NCBI GenBank assembly: GCA_010405405.1
Contig: MU004232.1
Coordinates: 887,481 to 951,480 of the forward strand
Length of the DNA stretch: 64,000 bases
DNA from: Microthyrium microscopicum
Lineage: Eukaryota
Reading direction: 5' to 3'
Below the pieces are notes generated by a model. It was not told the origin of the DNA. It did no database searches and saw only the letters and a program-made list of their open reading frames with translations. The first letter of the stretch is position 1. Each line of letters begins with the position of its first letter. The position numbers were made by a program, and so were the translations under genes. This document shows positions 1-12,244 of this stretch, one piece after another.

Positions 1-570
1 TATAGTGTCCACACGATGCCGAAACCTCATCTCCACACCCTGTCCCTCCTTCTTCCCAACCGGCTCCGCAAAAACCCTCACAACCTCCGGCCCACACCCC
101 CAAGCCAGATGAAATCTCGGCACACTATTTCCATGCCCGCCCGCCCTCCCATCTCCTCTTTCCGCCCAGCCTGCCGTCGGCATAAACCGCATGCCCAAAT
201 CATTCAAGTATGACTTCATCCCGCCTGCAGAAAACTTGACATACTCCTCCGCCCACTCCGCCGCGTATTTATCCTGGTCCTCCAAACGATCGAATTGTGC
301 TGAGTTGAACCAGTCCGACCTCGCTAGTGCCAGAGAGTCTTTCACGCCCATCCATCGCTGCTGCGGCGTGTCGATGAGAAATATACCGCCCAAAGACCAG
401 AACGCTTGGCCACCGAGGGAGGCGCGGGGCTCTTGGTCGAGGAGGAGGACGGGGATATGGGCGAGGGCGAGTTCATGGGCGGCTACGAGGCCTGCTAAGC
501 CGGCGCCGATTATTATTACGGGGTCGGCGGAGGTGGGGAGGGAGGCTGTTGATGACGACTTGGAAGACAT
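1..570 (-). CDS. FAD-binding dehydrogenase (KsdD-like / PRK12834-type), 5' part; runs off the left edge
   Basis: Not in the ORF track (no stop in window). ATG at 570 opens 190 uninterrupted codons: MSSKSSSTASLPTSADPVIIIGAGLAGLVAAHELA...DQEPRASLGGQAFWSLGGIFLIDTPQQR...GWAERGDGRAGGHGNSVPRFHLAWGCGP. Has a Rossmann GxGxxG plus the GGQAFWS and GHGNSVPRFH family motifs. Confidence 0.88.
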   Translation of the reverse strand, partial: MSSKSSSTASLPTSADPVIIIGAGLAGLVAAHELALAHIPVLLLDQEPRASLGGQAFWSLGGIFLIDTPQQRWMGVKDSLALARSDWFNSAQFDRLEDQDKYAAEWAEEYVKFSAGGMKSYLNDLGMRFMPTAGWAERGDGRAGGHGNSVPRFHLAWGCGPEVVRVFAEPVGKKEGQGVEMRFRHRVDTI

Positions 571-1216
571 GTTGGAGCAAGGTTAATGTTGGTGAGAGGG
601 GAGAGGAGTTGGTGGTATGCTGGTGGTGGGTTGGAGATGTAGAGTGGTGATCCAGATCCAGATCTTGATCTGGTGGGAGTTGGGGTTGAGGGTGGGTAGT
701 GGCGGTAGGCTTATATCGTGAAGGTAGATTGTTGGTACATATATTACAATGAAACGCAGGCGGATAGATTATATGAGCTCTGTATTGTGGCGGAACTGGA
801 TAAGAATAGTTGTTTAGAAAGCTCGGCGGGATGTCGAAGTGGAGATGGTAGGCTGGCCCGGATGGCATGGGGGGATGGTTGCAGGAGCTTGAGCCCTGGG
901 TGTGGAGGGCGCTATTCGACCATGGTTCGTTCTGCGGTACGAATATGTTAATTCTACCAAGTGAAATCTGACTCTATTTGACAAAGGAATTGCTACACGG
1001 CACATCTGGAGATTGTTTTCTTTTACGGCTGCTTCGCGCACTATGCACAGAACTATCACAGCTGATAGCTTAGTCCTCTCGACCCGCATGCTATCAATCG
1101 AATGGTTAAGATTGGCTGGGCATTTTGCCAGTTGTGGTATTGTAGTCCGCTTCATGCCAAATATATACATTTCATACTACACAACGACCTGGAAGCTTGC
1201 CCATAGACCTGTAGCT

Positions 1217-2012
1217 CTACTTCGTCCTCACGATCTTCAGCTTCCCAGGTACATGCGTAAAGTTGTTCGCGTACGCCTTGACCACAAACTTGCGAGCATT
1301 CGGTTCCTGAACGAAGTATTCATAGCCCTGCTTCTCTGCGAATCTGATCGCATCCTCCTTACTCTTGAAACCTATTCGCTCGCCCTGCATGAAATCACCT
1401 GTTGATTGCCATCCCATCAAAGGATTCTCCCACCGATGACCTTTTGGAAGTGGGTCCCAATCCATGAGCCAGGCCATGCCGTGCCATGTACCGGATTGCG
1501 TTGCTGGTTTAGCTGGTTTAAATATTCTAGACAGGTCAGTCCACATCCGAGAGCATTGGGGCGGAGATATGTACCTGACCGTCCGGGCTTGGAGGTCGAC
1601 TGGCGCGCCTGACACTACGGCTGCTGGAACAGTGTCACCGGGCTCGCTGCCGTCCACGACTCGTAGTGGGATAGGTGTGAATTGACTGCTATATGTTAGT
1701 CGGCTTCTGTTTTGGCGGGGAGTAAACTGACGAAGTTCGATAGTCTACAACGGCATTGTAGTCTAAACTGTGCTTGGGCATTTGATCTTGGGCTAAATCA
1801 TCTCGTATTAAGCCCTTTCTTTGTTCCTGTGGCGACTCGGCTCTTTGAGTGACCTCATGCGCTGAAGCTGCAGTCTGGTTGCTGCCTTTGACTGATGGTT
1901 GATTGGGAGTCGTCGAATTGCGGCGGATCTGCACTGCTGAGACTCTCGAGGAGCTTTGAATAGAGCAAACTGTAAGCAGCCTCGAGGCTACAGGTCTAGT
2001 TCTTTGCAACAT
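1217..2012 (-). CDS. NDUFS4: Mitochondrial complex I accessory subunit NDUFS4 (NUYM/21 kDa), 3 exons
   Basis: Motifs VVSGAPVDLQARTVRIFKPAKPATQSG, WENPLMGWQSTGD, FKSKEDAIRFAEKQGY; Arg/Ser-rich mitochondrial presequence; GT-AG introns 1686-1731 and 1527-1574. Confidence 0.93.
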
Positions 2013-2288
2013 TATGATGTTTTGGTGGTGTAAATACTCTTATAAGACTGGAATGGGAGCTGTATCAGAGACGAATTGAAGTTGGAGCTGGGGGTGCGGA
2101 TAAATCTCGGGCTTGGCATTGCGACCTTTTCCCTGATGTGAGTTTGGCTCTCGGCTTTCTTGACGAGCACTACAACATCTCGCAGCACTTCCTAATTCCT
2201 CGGTGAAGAACTCTCTGTATGTTTTGAATGGGCCAATTGAGCTTGGAGTGTGGTTGTTGAGATCTAATAATAGCTTTCAGACTCCAAA

Positions 2289-2875
2289 ATGAGCTTCATC
2301 GCTAGACGTGGTCTCTCGACCCTCATCCCCCCGAAGGTATGGATATGAGAACAATGCAGGTCTGCAAGGTTGCTAACAGTCTCAATCAGGTTGCTTCACC
2401 AAATGTGAGTCTCATTCACACCCTTGGGTCATTCCGCGAGCCATACATCTGCTTCAATCCCGGTCCCGAAACGATAGAGCTCTACCCGCCGTTATACCTG
2501 TCCGAAGATGAAAGACTGATTGAAGAATAGGCAATTGGTGCTGCCAAAGATGCTGCCCGTATGTCACGGATAACATCATTCTATGAGAAGCTCCCACGAG
2601 GCCCTCGTCCTGCCGAAAAGCCATCCAACCCATTGGACATGTACCGTGTTGCACATTTCGGCGACAAGCCATCGGCGTGGCGTGAGTAGCACTCAGAGAG
2701 TTAATGATGGAGGATCTAACCGGAATATAGCATTGTATCATGCTTTGATTTTCCTCGTCGGTATTGGATACGCACAAGCTTACTACTTCCATCTACGTAA
2801 GTTTAGAGCGGACATGGGAAACATGGAAATGGGTTCTAACAGGATACAGGTCACCACAAGAACAATGCTCACTAG
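2289..2875 (+). CDS. ATP17: Mitochondrial ATP synthase subunit f, 5 exons
   Basis: Spliced translation MSFIARRGLSTLIPPK|VASPN|AIGAAKDAARMSRITSFYEKLPRGP...HFGDKPSAWP|LYHALIFLVGIGYAQAYYFHLR|HHKNNAH*. STLIPPK, FYEKLPRG and YYFHLRHHK are fungal Atp17 motifs. Canonical introns; 15-nt microexon at 2390-2404. Confidence 0.95.
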
Positions 2876-3740
2876 ACGGAGCCGGCTGGATGGAATGAAT
2901 TGTAAATATAGCACTTAGACAGGTTGAGAAGCAAGCTACGGCAATTGAAGACAGCGTTGAGCTCTACTAGTACTTGATATGCGCATTGAAGTCCTCCAGG
3001 TCTATCGTGATCATGTGCCTCTTTTGCGCCACAGCTATCACGATGTTCTGGTGCTTCCAATTTTGAAGAAATGAGCTCTTACTGGATACTAAGTACCTTT
3101 GCATTTGCATTTGCACTAGTAATTGTATACAATGTTGAACTCTTAATGGTTAAAATGTTGCATGGAGGTCATTCAGGCAGTCAGGTGCGAACCAGGCAGA
3201 CAAAATGGCCTTCTCAAAGTGACCAATCACAAGCTGACATGGAACGACACTTGCAGCAACGCCGACAACTTGACGATTCACTCCCTCCAGAAGGACCTCC
3301 TCTCCTATTAACTCTCCATCGCCATCCTCTCCATCCACGGCATTCCCTAATTCCCTTCTCCCGCCACATCTCTTCCACCCGGAACCTCGAAAGCCTGCAC
3401 AATTCGAGGCTCCTTCTCCTCCGCGCCCGCCTTCACTCAACCGGTCGCCGCCGAGTCACTTGACTGTCAACTCCAAACTCTGTCCCGTTTCACCAACAAT
3501 CAGGCATCGCCCTCTGTATACAGTCAGATCAACTACTCCAGTCGACGTTCTAAACGTCCCCGTGGCTTCCATACGACCTTAATCAAGGTACTTTTTCCAT
3601 ATTTTCACTTTGCCTTGTTGCGAACACATTGCACTGTCTCTTATGTCAATCAATGGTTCGCCTTCACGCAACATATATTCCAACATATCTAAGATTGGCA
3701 TCGCTGACTATTCGCGTTTTCTCAACTTCTAGATTCTGTT

Positions 3741-6700
3741 ATGGCAGCACAGTTAGCCCACGATGTGGTAAAGGAAGCACAGTCGATGGGCGCCACGTCG
3801 CCCATCGGCGATATCGAGTCGTCCACTTCTCCAGCCCCGGCCGTTACTGGCCTCCCAACTCCACCAACTTTGCATCCTACTCTTGCTCTCGATCCTACTA
3901 CCTCTAGCAAGCTCAATCAGCTTCCTGATGACTCTGCGCTCACCCAATCTATCGATGTTACGACCCCGTCACGAGATCATGCCAAATCGCCTTTTAGTGA
4001 TAAAGCGCTGTTGGCGGACGCTAGTGGCGGATCCGATACAGATTCAAGCAAACCAGATACGGTTGCGCAAAAAGATGGTGTAGCAGGTCACGCTCGTTCA
4101 AATTCGGTCAAGAAACCTGTTAGTTTCAAGTCTGTTTCTGTGACGAAAAACTTTTTAGCAAAAGCGGCTGTCGCCACTCCTGTTGCGAGATCTGGAGAAA
4201 AAGGTACGGCGATCGCGTCTATGTTCGCAAAGTTCTTCTACTAACGAGATCAGCTATTCCCTCAACCCAATCAAGTCCTCTTACTTCGTCATTGAAACCT
4301 AGACTGGTTGCAAAATCAGCACTGGGTGGACTTGGTTCTCGAACTGGACTGACAGGCAGCAAAGGCAGCGTATCTGGTCCAGATGCCAGCAAAGTATGGA
4401 ATAAGAATAGGCGTATGTTGTCTCTTTTGATGTACTCTTTATTAGGTTCGTTGATCGTGTGCTAATAATTATAATAGCCGCTCCTGTTGCACCCCCCAGA
4501 CAGTTTACGGACGAGGAACTAAAGCAGCAATACGGAATTCACATGGCCACTCGATTAACCGCGAATGAGACAGACAAGGAATCTAAATGGGCTGATATTG
4601 ATGACGATGAAGATGACTGGGCACCGGAGACTGTGACATGGCTGGACGGCACGAAATCAACTGTTGCGCCTACAGATCTGCCACCTGATCACCCAGACCT
4701 TGGCCTTCAAGCAGATGAGCCACAGTTGTCCGAGTCTAACGCCGAAATTTCACAGCCGTCACCTGCTGTGGTGGTTCAGAAACCAGTACTAAACCCAAGC
4801 TCAACAAAAACAATTTTGAAGCCAGGAAGTCACACAGCTCAATCGAAACCATCTGGTGGTCTTATTCTCAAAGGCGGACCTGACAAGCAGTCTGGATCTG
4901 CTAAACCTCCAGCACCCACGCCAGCGAAATCACCGTGGGCGCCTTTACCGCCTATTGATAAAGTGCCGCCAGTAGCATTTGTTCCACCTGCTCAACCGCA
5001 GCAACAGCGATTTTCAAGAGATCCTACTGGATTTGATGCATTCCAGAATGCGCCATCTCCCAAGGAGATCGAAGTAGACGACTTCAATCGAGTTTATGAT
5101 CAGCCGCGACATAGAGAACTGTACAATTCACACTCTGGACGTTTCGAACCGGCAAGTGAAATGCGCAAAGGCCCACCACGAAATGATGGACACCGACAAC
5201 CCGCAGTTCTTCAGCGTCACTCACAAGGGCAACCAAGTCCTGCAGAGCCATCGGCAGCCTTCCAAACCCATCGTTCTGGTGAGGGTCAAGTATGGACACG
5301 CAATCGTACTGGATCGACTAGTAGTGCTGGTCGAAGAATGTCGTTTAGCAGACCGCATGATATGCCACATGAGAGAACAGAAATGGGACCACCTCCCACT
5401 CCTGGTGCTGGTGCTGGAGATCAGAACACCCCTCACAATCAAGGCCAGCATGGATTACCTGGGGCATCACCATCTACAGCCGCACAATCAGTGGCAGGCC
5501 CGCCATCATCGGAAAACAACACAGGCGAGCCTGTCTCACAAGCTCCGTCAGAACCTCAAGAGGATCCAGTAGCAAAGCAGCAACGATTAATGCGCGAGAA
5601 AATTGATGCAGCAAAATTAGCAAAACAGCGACGTATGGAAGAGGAAGAGCGGGAAGAAAAAGCACGTAAAGAGCGATTGAGACTAAAAATGGAAGCATTG
5701 GCAACAGCCAGTCCTTCTCCACCGGTCGAAGGCAAGGAAAAGGCAAAGTCAACTCCCGATATGCCAGCAAAATCCCCACATACCTACAAGCCGGCTCAAG
5801 TATCATCGCCTCCGAAGCCGCCAGTTCCAACAGCAGAGGGAGAGGTTGCACAGTATGGAGTAATGAAGGTACATCAACCGCATCCAGTGAAGAAAGCCAA
5901 TGTCAGTGAAGGCTCGCTTATGGGTCGAGCCCCAGCCGAATCGCATGTGGATAGACGACAGCCTCACGGTCCAGAGGGTCAACATCATCACCAGCGACCA
6001 GAACAAAGCCAGCGAGGACCTGGACCTGGACCAGAGCATCAGCACCACCAGCAGCCATCTGGATCGGATCATAAACGCATAGTAGCAGCTCAGGGACCGT
6101 CAGCATGGCGAGCCGGTGGACAAGAGTCGTATGGTGGATGGGCTAGCAGCAGCTCGAGTAATGTTTGGGGACCCCCACAGAGCAAAGATCGAGCACTTGG
6201 AAACGGCATTTTTGATAGTTCCAACTATCGTGGCCTTCCAGGAGGAGCGAATCCGCTTAATCATGCTGTCACATCAGCCGCGTTTAGTACGGCAGGCACG
6301 ATAGCTCCCGGTCCTCTCGCACCTACCCAGTCGGGAAATCAAGTCCCAGTCCAACCAGCGGGCCGCACCCTCCCATCTGGGCCATCGCAACCTGGCGCTC
6401 CTTCCTCATCGCAAGGGCCTCGTGGTGAGCTATTGACGAATGTAGTGGACAATGGAGACAATAATCTGCGAGAAAACTTCAGATCCCGCGACCAGCCTCC
6501 TCAAAAATTTTCTACTCATACCTCCCACTCTTTGCAACCCTCTCCTCCAAACTCACAACCACATCATCCTCAGTCTCACCTTTCGCACCATCAAAACTCT
6601 CAATTCCCGCTCAATTCAAACGCTCATTCTAATATGGCTCCACACTCTACCAAGAAGTCCACCGCTCTTTACGGTCCTATGCGTCCTGTCGGCGCTGGCG

Positions 6701-8097
6701 CTGGCCATGGCCCTCATCGTAACCTTTCGCCTTCAAAGATGCGGGGCAGATCTCCAACCGGTTATCATGGACGTGATGCCAATTCCCCACCACGTGCTGG
6801 TTATCAGAAGCCATCACCACGTACCGGCTACCAGAAGCCATTGGCGCGTCCACCTGGACAGGATCAAGAAATTGATCCTAAGTGGGCTGCAATGATTGCC
6901 AATGATAGGGCTGTCAAGCTAGAGGCCCAACGCCTGAACTCGGAGAGGATCCAGGAGCTTCTCAAAGTTCAAGCGGAAGAAGCTGCGGCTGCCAAAGAGG
7001 CTACTCGTCACACTGGAGTCCAGGAAACCGAGACTGATCGCAAGAATCTCGACAACAATGCGTTTGGTGCTCAGCCAATTGCTATTGCCCCACGAACCTT
7101 GATCAACGGTTCTCCAGCTGCTGCGCCATCTGCCACTACTACCATGCCACCAGCGCAGAAATCTTCTCGATTTTTCCCTCGCTCTGATCAGGCTGATATG
7201 GCTGGCAACAAGTCCACTTCCCCGCCTCCTCCCGAGATCTCTAGTCTCGACGTTGCTGCAAAGACTGAAGTCGTGGTCAATATCCCGAAAAAGGCAGTCG
7301 TCAAGCTTCCTCCAACACCGACAATTGCTGAAGCCAAAGTTGCTCATGCTGCTTCTGTCGCCAATGTCAAACCTGTCGGCAACCCTTCGGACATGATTGC
7401 CAGAATTCAAGGCCTTTTCAAGACTCAGTCCAGCACTGTCGTCCATTCCTCGACTCGGTCTTCTGCTCCAATCGACAATGCTGGTCCGCAATCACAGGCC
7501 ACTGTCTCTTTGCCAGTGAAGAAGGCCAATCCAGACTATCTGCCACCCCATCTCCGCGTTCTTCGTGAGCACGCTCTTGCCAAAGAACTCGCTGATGTTG
7601 TCTCCAAACCTGCTGCCGAGGAACTGTATCCACCACCAGAATTTGGCTCAACCCCAACGATTCGCTTGCCTGCCAAGGACATTGTGTACACTGATCTCTC
7701 TGAACAAGTGTATCGTCCTAAAGACATCACCATGGCTCGTCACTTCAAAGAAGCTGAGTACAACATTGCGACGTCCAAGGTGGCTTTCCTCTTCAAAGAA
7801 GCATCTATTGTCGTACGTCCACTCGCTACTTCCCAGCCCAAAACTATCCACATTCCTGGCTCTCGTGGCAATCACACTCGCGGTGGTCATCGTGGTGGCT
7901 ATCGCGGAGCACGTCGTGGCAGTGACAATCCTCATGGTCCGAGTCGCGCCTCCTCTGGCAATTTTACTCCACGCCCGAACGATTCTCCCTCGACTCGTGG
8001 CGGTAATGGCTCTCCAGCTCGTGGTGGCAACGGTGGAGGTCGTGGTTTCCGTGGAAATGGATTCCAGAAGCGCGCTTCTACTGGCACTACGGCCTAG
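3741..8097 (+). CDS. Large (~1400 aa) low-complexity protein with coiled coil and C-terminal RGG tract; possibly PRRC2/BAT2-like
   Basis: Exons 3741-4203, 4254-4412 and 4478-8097 join in frame through canonical introns; probable 5'UTR intron 3588-3732. Motifs VWNKNRP, FTDEELKQQYGIHM, KWADIDDDEDDW, charged coiled coil, YLPPHLR, RGG repeats. Confidence 0.85.
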
Positions 8098-9673
8098 ATC
8101 TTGTTCCCTTAGTGGATCAAGGCGGATCATCTGATGGGTTGCCAACTTGTGGGCTACGATTTGTCTTGGGTTTGCATGACCTTGACTCGCGATTTACAAC
8201 GGTGCTATTCCTCAGCTTCAGTTTTGATACTTGGCTCTCCATAGAAAGGCTTCGACAGTCTGGTCAATTCATCCTCTTCCGGCTTCGCGCGTTATACCTC
8301 ATTGTCGGGTTTGCGCCTCATAACAGAGAAGAAATGGAAAAACACCATCATCCATATTCAGCACAAATAGCTATTCCTCCTCCGAATTTCCTCTTTCAAT
8401 CACCTGTCTTTATTACTTCTTTCTATCCCCCGTCACACCCTGTCCCTCACCACACATCATAACAATTATCACACGATTCGAACGGTTTTTTCTCTCGAAC
8501 TAAAGCTTCTATAGCATATCGGGCAGCTCTCGTGACATGCGCACACGGAGAATGAAATAGCATTGGCATGCTTTTCTCACTTTTTGCGCTGGTGGTTGGC
8601 GAGCACAGAACTTTGTTTCGCGACTGATCTTGATGGCAAGGGTCCGCTTTTGCTACATGGACCGAAAGGTATTGGTCCTCCTGGCTGAAATTAAGTGTAT
8701 GTCATAAAGAAGCAGTGGCTTGGTCAATAAATATTTAAGTGTTCATTTTCTTTCTCTCTTCTTTGTGATGCTCGTTGCTTGAGCAACAGTCCAAGTGTGA
8801 GTACTTACCACAGATGGCGGCCCACGATGACGATGCTGGCTCTCACTAAATTCTCATAGAACTAACTAGGTTACCGTCGCGTCCAACAATACTGGACACA
8901 TCTCATTCAGGCTGGAAAAAGACACTCCCGTTAACAGACAGTTACAGATGGCGGATCTCATTATCATCAATGGGCAGCTCAATTACTTCAATAGGGCATT
9001 TCCCAATCAAGGTTCACGATATGCATAGTGTTGACAGTCAACTTTGGTTCTACACGATCATTATTGCCGGTTTTAGTTCACATAGCTTACCAGATTGACT
9101 CTGAAACCCACTTTCCCCAACGCGGTTGCCAGGTATGTGGTCGGATAGTTGCATCCACGTGTATTTTTCGAGTTGGCAGTCTCGACCCACGCTGGTTACA
9201 CTAGATGACTTCAACTTCATCCCTCTCAGCACTATCAACTCTTGATTTTTACAACACTGTTGCTCGCTCAGTCCTCTATCTTATTGCTGCCCATTCTCAG
9301 TCTACGATCTCGGTACTCTTCAATCTCAGTGCACCTCGATCTCAGTACTGCTCAAGCTCTGAAGTTTCGACTACCATTCACGCCAAGTAGAAAGTCTTAT
9401 TCTTAAAATCTGGCAAGCAATCCTAACTTCCCCCAGTCAACTCTCGGGCCCAAACACATCATCTCGCCACCCACACCAATATTCTGTGTGCTGCGAATTT
9501 TTTTGCTGCACTCCAGCTTCTGGTACCCTCAACTACTAGTCCACCGTACACACTTATATCTAGTGTGTGCCATTTTTTATACTACCTTCAGCATTAGCTG
9601 GCCTGTTTGAATCACGGCGCGTTACTTTCATACCAACACAGCACGGTCACCTCACAACAGTCATCCAGTAGCT

Positions 9674-10873
9674 ATGGCGGCCCCCAAGCATAGCTCCGGC
9701 AAGCATAGCTCCGGCAAGGAGAATTTTGCGTTTGATCCAACGAAGCCAGCATTCATAATGCCAGCCCATAAGATTGAACGTCCTGACAGTGTCATCTCCA
9801 ACGTCAGCATTTCTCGCACCGAAAGTGTCAGCTCTGCTGATAGCATCGATATTGTCATCGAAACTCCACAATCGGCTCATTCTCTTCAATCTTCTCCGTC
9901 TCTCAACCCAGACGCCAAACCATTCAGTATCGAAACGCCCATCGAACCCAACGCCAACGTTGCGCGTGCAGAAAGCGTGAGCTCAGAAGATTCCATCGAT
10001 ACTCGTGAAGGCATCGAGTCACCACAACCTCCCCAGTCTCCCACCCTCAACGCCGACCCATTCAGCGTCGAAACACTCGCTGAAGCTGACGACATAGCCA
10101 CAACCGACAACATGCCCGTTAACCACGCAGAGCTCCAAACTCCCATCATCATGGCCCTCCAGTCACCAACCGCTATCCCCGGCACCATTGCAACCGCTCC
10201 AATCACCCATACATTCTGGTACCAAGCAAATGCCATCGCTCCCAATACTACTGACATCCACAACACAATCACCTCCTTCGCGGCCCTCCGCGCAGCACGC
10301 TACTTTGGCACTTGTTCTGTGCTCGCGCACCCAGGCATTCTCATGATGGCAGTCCACATGCACGCGCTTAAATGTCGCGCCTTTGAGGAGCCGGAGAACA
10401 TGCTGACCCTCGATTCCTGCATCTTCTTTGCCAACGATGTACTCCTTTTCTCAGCAGACAAGACAGAGCACCAGCGCCATTTAAAGTGTCTTCTTGAGAT
10501 GTTGACACTAAGTAATCTGGATGTAAACGAGGCGAAGACAAAAGGATTCGTGAATAGCGCGGATAAGCTAGGCTTCGGCTTGCGCGATATCGAAACGTAT
10601 GAGAGAAAAGAGTTTGCGGTGCCGCATGCAGAGGATCTGGAGAGAATGGGATGGTTGACTGCTCCGGCGCCGGAAGCTAGCAACAGCGAGGAAGAAGAGA
10701 TTCCACTTGTTTCTGGTGCTGTTGACTACGAGCTTGATGAGAGGGATAATGATGAGGAAGTCACTGCGCAACACTTCGAGCCTGTTGAGGCATCGGAGGA
10801 AGTGAAAGACGAGGAGGAGGAAGAAGAAGAGGAATTAGAAGAAGAGTACGAAGGCGATGGCTGGAATGATTGA
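9674..10873 (+). CDS. Hypothetical acidic protein (399 aa) with internal repeats and a PAM2-like motif
   Basis: Single long ATG-initiated ORF with coding-like composition, a duplicated ~50-aa block and a Glu-rich C-terminus. Confidence 0.7.
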   Translation: MAAPKHSSGKHSSGKENFAFDPTKPAFIMPAHKIERPDSVISNVSISRTESVSSADSIDIVIETPQSAHSLQSSPSLNPDAKPFSIETPIEPNANVARAESVSSEDSIDTREGIESPQPPQSPTLNADPFSVETLAEADDIATTDNMPVNHAELQTPIIMALQSPTAIPGTIATAPITHTFWYQANAIAPNTTDIHNTITSFAALRAARYFGTCSVLAHPGILMMAVHMHALKCRAFEEPENMLTLDSCIFFANDVLLFSADKTEHQRHLKCLLEMLTLSNLDVNEAKTKGFVNSADKLGFGLRDIETYERKEFAVPHAEDLERMGWLTAPAPEASNSEEEEIPLVSGAVDYELDERDNDEEVTAQHFEPVEASEEVKDEEEEEEEELEEEYEGDGWND

Positions 10874-12043
10874 ATGACTGCCTGATCTGTTGGCTTCTGC
10901 CTACTTGCCAGTGAAAGGCAGCAAGAAGTAGGCACGACCGACTATACCACTACACGGCTGTATCATTCGGTGATTGACGAGGGATTGGTGTTTTGAAATT
11001 TCATTGGGGTTTTGTTGGGCGTGGAATCTGTGCGGTTTACGATGATAGCACAGTAGGTTTGTACAAATATTAGACACAATTCGATTTCTTTGATCTATCA
11101 TATGTCGAGCCTGATTGTTTGTGTGGTCTATAACATCATATTGCTGATAGAAGACTAAACGTAACCCGCATCCAAATGAAGCGCCATACAAAGGGGAAAT
11201 CCTCACTGTGCCTACCCCTAAAAGCGACCTCGACAATTTTCACCAAGCAACACACTTCGAAATAAAGTCAACTAACCGGTGGACAAAATAACTAGCGTGC
11301 CCTAATTAACTCTAATAGCTCCTACCAACGCTTGCAAATAGCAAATACTATAGTTCCTATTACAATCAATTGATAGTGGTAGAATAAACGTAGTCCTTAG
11401 GAAATAAAGCACTCGATAACAAAGCGTGGCAGATGGGAGCCATAGAAGTCGATGGGGGCACGCCAGTTATTTTGTCCTTCAGTTTGTCAACTCATTGACA
11501 AAAAATCTCTTGTCTCGCGCGAACACTACATTCTCAGCACAAATGACCTCCCTCAGCAAGCCATCGCCAGCCAAGCTCAATGCCGCTGCTCCGCCCTGGC
11601 AGCAGAGAAATTTTGCGCGCCATTAAATCCCCGTGTGACACTCACGATGTGCTTGGGCTGATGTACCTGCCTCAAGGGGCACATCACGATGCTCAAGCCA
11701 ATTCTGTGATTCCTCACGTTTACCAGAAAAAATCTAGTTTCCATTACGAAGCAGGAAAACTATAATTGGATATTGGGGAAAATTTGTCCTGCAGCAGGCG
11801 CACTTCTGTCATGAGGTACGATGGCGGAGCTGGCCGCAGAGCTTCCTCATCATTCATGCAGGCTTTTGGTCAGCTTTTTGCAAGAATGCAAATAAAGGGT
11901 AATTGGCTATAAAAGGGGTGGAGAGTTCACGATAGATTTTAGTTATTCAGACAGTATCATACATCACATCACAGCATTCAGTCTTCAATAAATATTCTCA
12001 CACTCGAACCACTTCACTCAAAACCAATCCATAACATACCAAG

Positions 12044-12244
12044 ATGGTCAACCACTACAACGACGAGGGCAGCTTCCTTACTCTCATGAACAAAGTCCAC
12101 ACTCCTCAACCACAAGCCAACCGTCAAGGCAGCGCCAGCGAAACTGCTCGCACTTCTAGTGCCGGCAATGCGGCACAAACTACCTCCAACAACCACAAAT
12201 TCTCTCTCCGAAACCTTCTGTCCAGTAAGAAAGCTGGGCAATAA
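12044..12244 (+). CDS. Small hydrophilic hypothetical protein (66 aa)
   Basis: TATAAAA at 11908-11914, CA-rich leader, start context aagATGG, C-ending codon bias. Confidence 0.6.
   Translation: MVNHYNDEGSFLTLMNKVHTPQPQANRQGSASETARTSSAGNAAQTTSNNHKFSLRNLLSSKKAGQ

Noticed and set aside
191..586. Plus-strand ORFs over the FAD dehydrogenase (and similar antisense/shadow ORFs over MSS1, LCB3, the GPCR and the PRRC2-like gene)
   Set aside because: Shadow frames of genuine genes caused by codon bias.
2405..2530. Longer ATP17 intron as a possible snoRNA host
   Set aside because: No properly placed C box or H/ACA architecture; its CTGA coincides with the branch site.
11543..11626. 27-aa ORF with PAM2-like KLNAAAPPW
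   Set aside because: No supporting promoter features and a weak motif match; likely chance.
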